Notes under the pieces: model-generated
Database searches by the model: none
Seen by the model: only the letters and a program-made list of their open reading frames with translations
Told to the model about the DNA's origin: nothing
Program-made: the position numbers and the translations under genes
In this document: piece by piece, positions 61,541-64,000 of the stretch
Layout of the letters: the number at the start of each line of letters is the position of its first letter
How positions within the stretch are numbered: position 1 is the first letter of the stretch
Source: an uncultured Nitrososphaerota archaeon
GTDB taxonomy: Archaea > Thermoproteota > Nitrososphaeria > Nitrososphaerales > CADDZS01
Direction of reading: 5' to 3'
NCBI GenBank assembly: GCA_963799845.1
Contig: CAWCYI010000006.1
Coordinates: 992,001-1,056,000 of the forward strand
DNA length: 64,000 bases

Positions 61541-62140
61541 TTGCTTCGCGGAGCGAAAAATACTTTTTATCCTAGTTGTTTTTGCTCTAACGACGAATTG
61601 AATTCTATAACTCTCGCAAGGATAAGCGGAATACTGTTACTGGGCGTTTTCTTGGTAAACATCTATCTTGGATTTTACGATTCAAACCTTCGGACGTTCA
61701 ATCCGACTCACTACGACTTGAACTGGCTGATCGCAATCGTCTCGCTGGTAGCCGCTTTAATTCTAATCCTGAGACCCAGGTCTAAGACATGGCTGACTCT
61801 CGGAGGAATAATCTGGCCGGTCGTCTACGTACTCTCCCTGGGCGTCGATGTCGAAACGAAACTCTGTTCGGGCGCCCCTTCAAGTTCCTGCTGGCCCAGC
61901 CACACGGCGGCGTTCGACTACTTGGTACTGAATTATTCGAGCATCCCAAACGCCGCAGGCTATGGTTGGAAGCTGGCCCCAGTCATGCCAGTCGCAATCG
62001 CGTTGCTAGCTCTCGTCTTCATACTCTCGTTGATAGCGGTCAACTCGATGAGAAAGCCGGCTCGTAAGCTCCCCTTTCAGCCGAGCGGATCGGAAACGTC
62101 TTCCGGCAGTGATCAAGCTCCGAGCAATTCCCAACCATGA
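61541..62140 (+). CDS. Hypothetical 4-TM membrane protein
   Basis: Four hydrophobic helices and a Cys-pair loop. Confidence 0.65.
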   Translation: MLRGAKNTFYPSCFCSNDELNSITLARISGILLLGVFLVNIYLGFYDSNLRTFNPTHYDLNWLIAIVSLVAALILILRPRSKTWLTLGGIIWPVVYVLSLGVDVETKLCSGAPSSSCWPSHTAAFDYLVLNYSSIPNAAGYGWKLAPVMPVAIALLALVFILSLIAVNSMRKPARKLPFQPSGSETSSGSDQAPSNSQP

Positions 62141-62466
62141 AAGAGAATAGACTTCCTTAAGATTTTTATTGCGAGTGCGTTACCTTGTTCATCTCGAAAT
62201 GCTCGATACCAAAATTTCGATCAAGTGGAGATGCCCCGCGTGCGAACGAAGCTTTGTAGACGACGATCCGTTGAGGCTTCATTTCCGGGCAAAACTCCAC
62301 ATCGAGGTGCACGCCGCGATGGAAGATCTGATCTAATTTCTGAAATAAAAAATGACAGCTCTTGTCTGGGCTAGCGAAGAATTGTAGATTTTTTGGATTC
62401 CGCGGAGCTTGGAAAGTACAATAAAGCTCTCCAGATAATATGCTAGCTCTCAATTGATTCTCATAT

Positions 62467-62610
62467 AGAATTTTTTTTCTGTGTTTCACACGCGGGCATG
62501 CTTTTTGGCCGAAGAGCTGACGTTCAAGCTCTGTTCAATGCGTTCAGCTCGTTTCAAGCTCTTCTGAGCTTACAGAGCTCGAAACGTCGAGTTCAATTCT
62601 TAGCTCTTTA
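62467..62610. repeat. R5 copy c
   Basis: Shares a ~32-bp core with copy a and carries an inverted sub-segment AGCTCTTCTGAGCTTACAG. Confidence 0.8.
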
Positions 62611-62885
62611 GTTTTTCTGGAGCGACCTAAGATCTAATCAATCCAGTACAGGGCGGATGCGTCGTGTTTGAAAGTAGTGTTGCATTTTGGGCATGTTTCC
62701 TCCATTTCGCCACCGATTATCGGATTCGTTCTAAACATCTGCTCGGTCTTCGATTGTATCGACGTCGATTGAAAGCTCATTTTGCAATTTGGGCAATCAA
62801 TCATTACTGGCAAAAACTACTTACACCAAGGAATTTGAAAATTAATCATTGCAGTTGATTTTTCTGTTCAGAAGCGGATGAAACT

Positions 62886-64000
62886 TCAACTTCGTAATCC
62901 TTGCCCTCCCACGAATTGCGTGATTTCCAGAAGAAAGTGAATCTGATCGAGCTGACATAGATCATTTATTTCGGAAGTTGGAATATCTACGTAGTCGACT
63001 CCCAACCTGGTCGATTGGGAATCGGAATCGAAGATAGTTGTCCAGTCATCTGGAGACCAGTGGAGTCGGAAGACTTCCGATGCCTGAACCCTCAATATCG
63101 TTCCCCCTTTGACGGAAGCCGGTTGCCGTCTATGTTTCCATATCTCAATTTGAGGTCCAAGCCCTCTGGATGTTATGTACCTCTCGGCAACTTCGGGGAT
63201 AAGGTCGAAGACCGCTCCGTCGCTTGCGGACCTCAGAAGCTTGATGTATTCCGCATGCGCCCACACCAGCGGCTTTACCGAACCCGTTGATCGCCCAAAT
63301 CTCATATGAGTTTCCCGGATATCTTCAGAGTCCCACACCTGCTCCGGCAGATGAGCTGTCGCTGAGGCAAACTTTTCCATCGTTTCAACGTATGGTTTGG
63401 CATCGTTTCCCGCCGCCAGCTCGTAATGTCCTCTTTCTCCAGTCAGTAGTGGCCATAACCTTCCCCGTCCCCATCCGTCAAATGGAGACCCGTCGTCCTT
63501 CTGGCCGTACCCGTCGAAATTATACCTGTGCCAGCAGGGGCCGAATGGGGTGTCGGTCTTCAGAACGGCGTCCACCACCTTGAGGGAGTCGACTATCAGT
63601 TTGTCATTCGGCGATCGAATTCCGTATCTTACTAGCTCGAGAAACCCTGGATCCACGATGTCCCTCGCGGGGTACTCATGCCTTCCCCACGCCGGCTGAT
63701 TGGCGAGTGTCAGGACTCCTTCATTCGGATCTTCGTTTGGCGTAGGATCGTTGACATCAATTGGATTTATCCGGATGTAGTGGTTTGTTATCCCTGGCAC
63801 GAGCGACCCCATCGTCGTACAAGTCCATGCTTCAATGTGAGATTCTAGAAAATCCGCGTATTCCTCCAGATACTTTCCGGTCTCATCGTCTCCGCGACCG
63901 CGGGCAAACTGGGCCGCGCAGATCAGCGCAGCGATGTTCGTCGCCAGTGTAGACGGAGAATAACCGCTTGCCTCTTCCCATCTGTCCTGTTGGGTTACGG
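62886..64000 (-). CDS. GH15 glucoamylase/glucodextranase, 5' part outside the window, frameshifted
   Basis: QDRWEEASGYS; VDPGFLELVRYG; RYNFDGYG; WPLLTGERGHYE; LPEQVW; PLVWAHAEY. Confidence 0.9.
   Translation of the reverse strand, partial: VTQQDRWEEASGYSPSTLATNIAALICAAQFARGRGDDETGKYLEEYADFLESHIEAWTCTTMGSLVPGITNHYIRINPIDVNDPTPNEDPNEGVLTLANQPAWGRHEYPARDIVDPGFLELVRYGIRSPNDKLIVDSLKVVDAVLKTDTPFGPCWHRYNFDGYGQKDDGSPFDGWGRGRLWPLLTGERGHYELAAGNDAKPYVETMEKFASATAHLPEQVWDSEDIRETHMRFGRSTGSVKPLVWAHAEYIKLLRSASDGAVFDLIPEVAERYITSRGLGPQIEIWKHRRQPASVKGGTILRVQASEVFRLHWSPDDWTTIFDSDSQSTRLGVDYVDIPTSEINDLCQLDQIHFLLEITQFVGGQGLRS

Overview
This is an archaeal accessory (plasticity) region. Gene content and TATA-type promoters suggest a non-ammonia-oxidising Nitrososphaerota/Thaumarchaeota-like genome; that assignment is inference, not tested. 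Contents from left to right: (1) a hydantoin racemase/nitroreductase/DUF6092-like trio converging on a hydantoinase-oxoprolinase A/B plus Opp/Dpp ABC operon; (2) several Ser/Thr-rich secreted proteins; (3) many pseudogenes and tiny Zn-finger/RHH ORFs; (4) four type II TA loci; (5) an IS3 remnant and an intact IS630; (6) a truncated GH15 gene at the right edge. Many genes carry single-base indels, so part of the apparent pseudogenisation may be assembly error. Most notable are a candidate archaeal peptide-processing or signalling module (cNMP-binding protein, PqqD/RRE-M50 intramembrane protease fusion, a basic-leader/hydrophobic-core 64-aa peptide, and a double-HTH TrmB) and five unexplained dispersed non-coding repeat families (R1-R5). 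R3 looks like a conserved structured RNA or element end, and R1/R2 bracket different cargo genes twice. No CRISPR array, rRNA or complete tRNA was seen.
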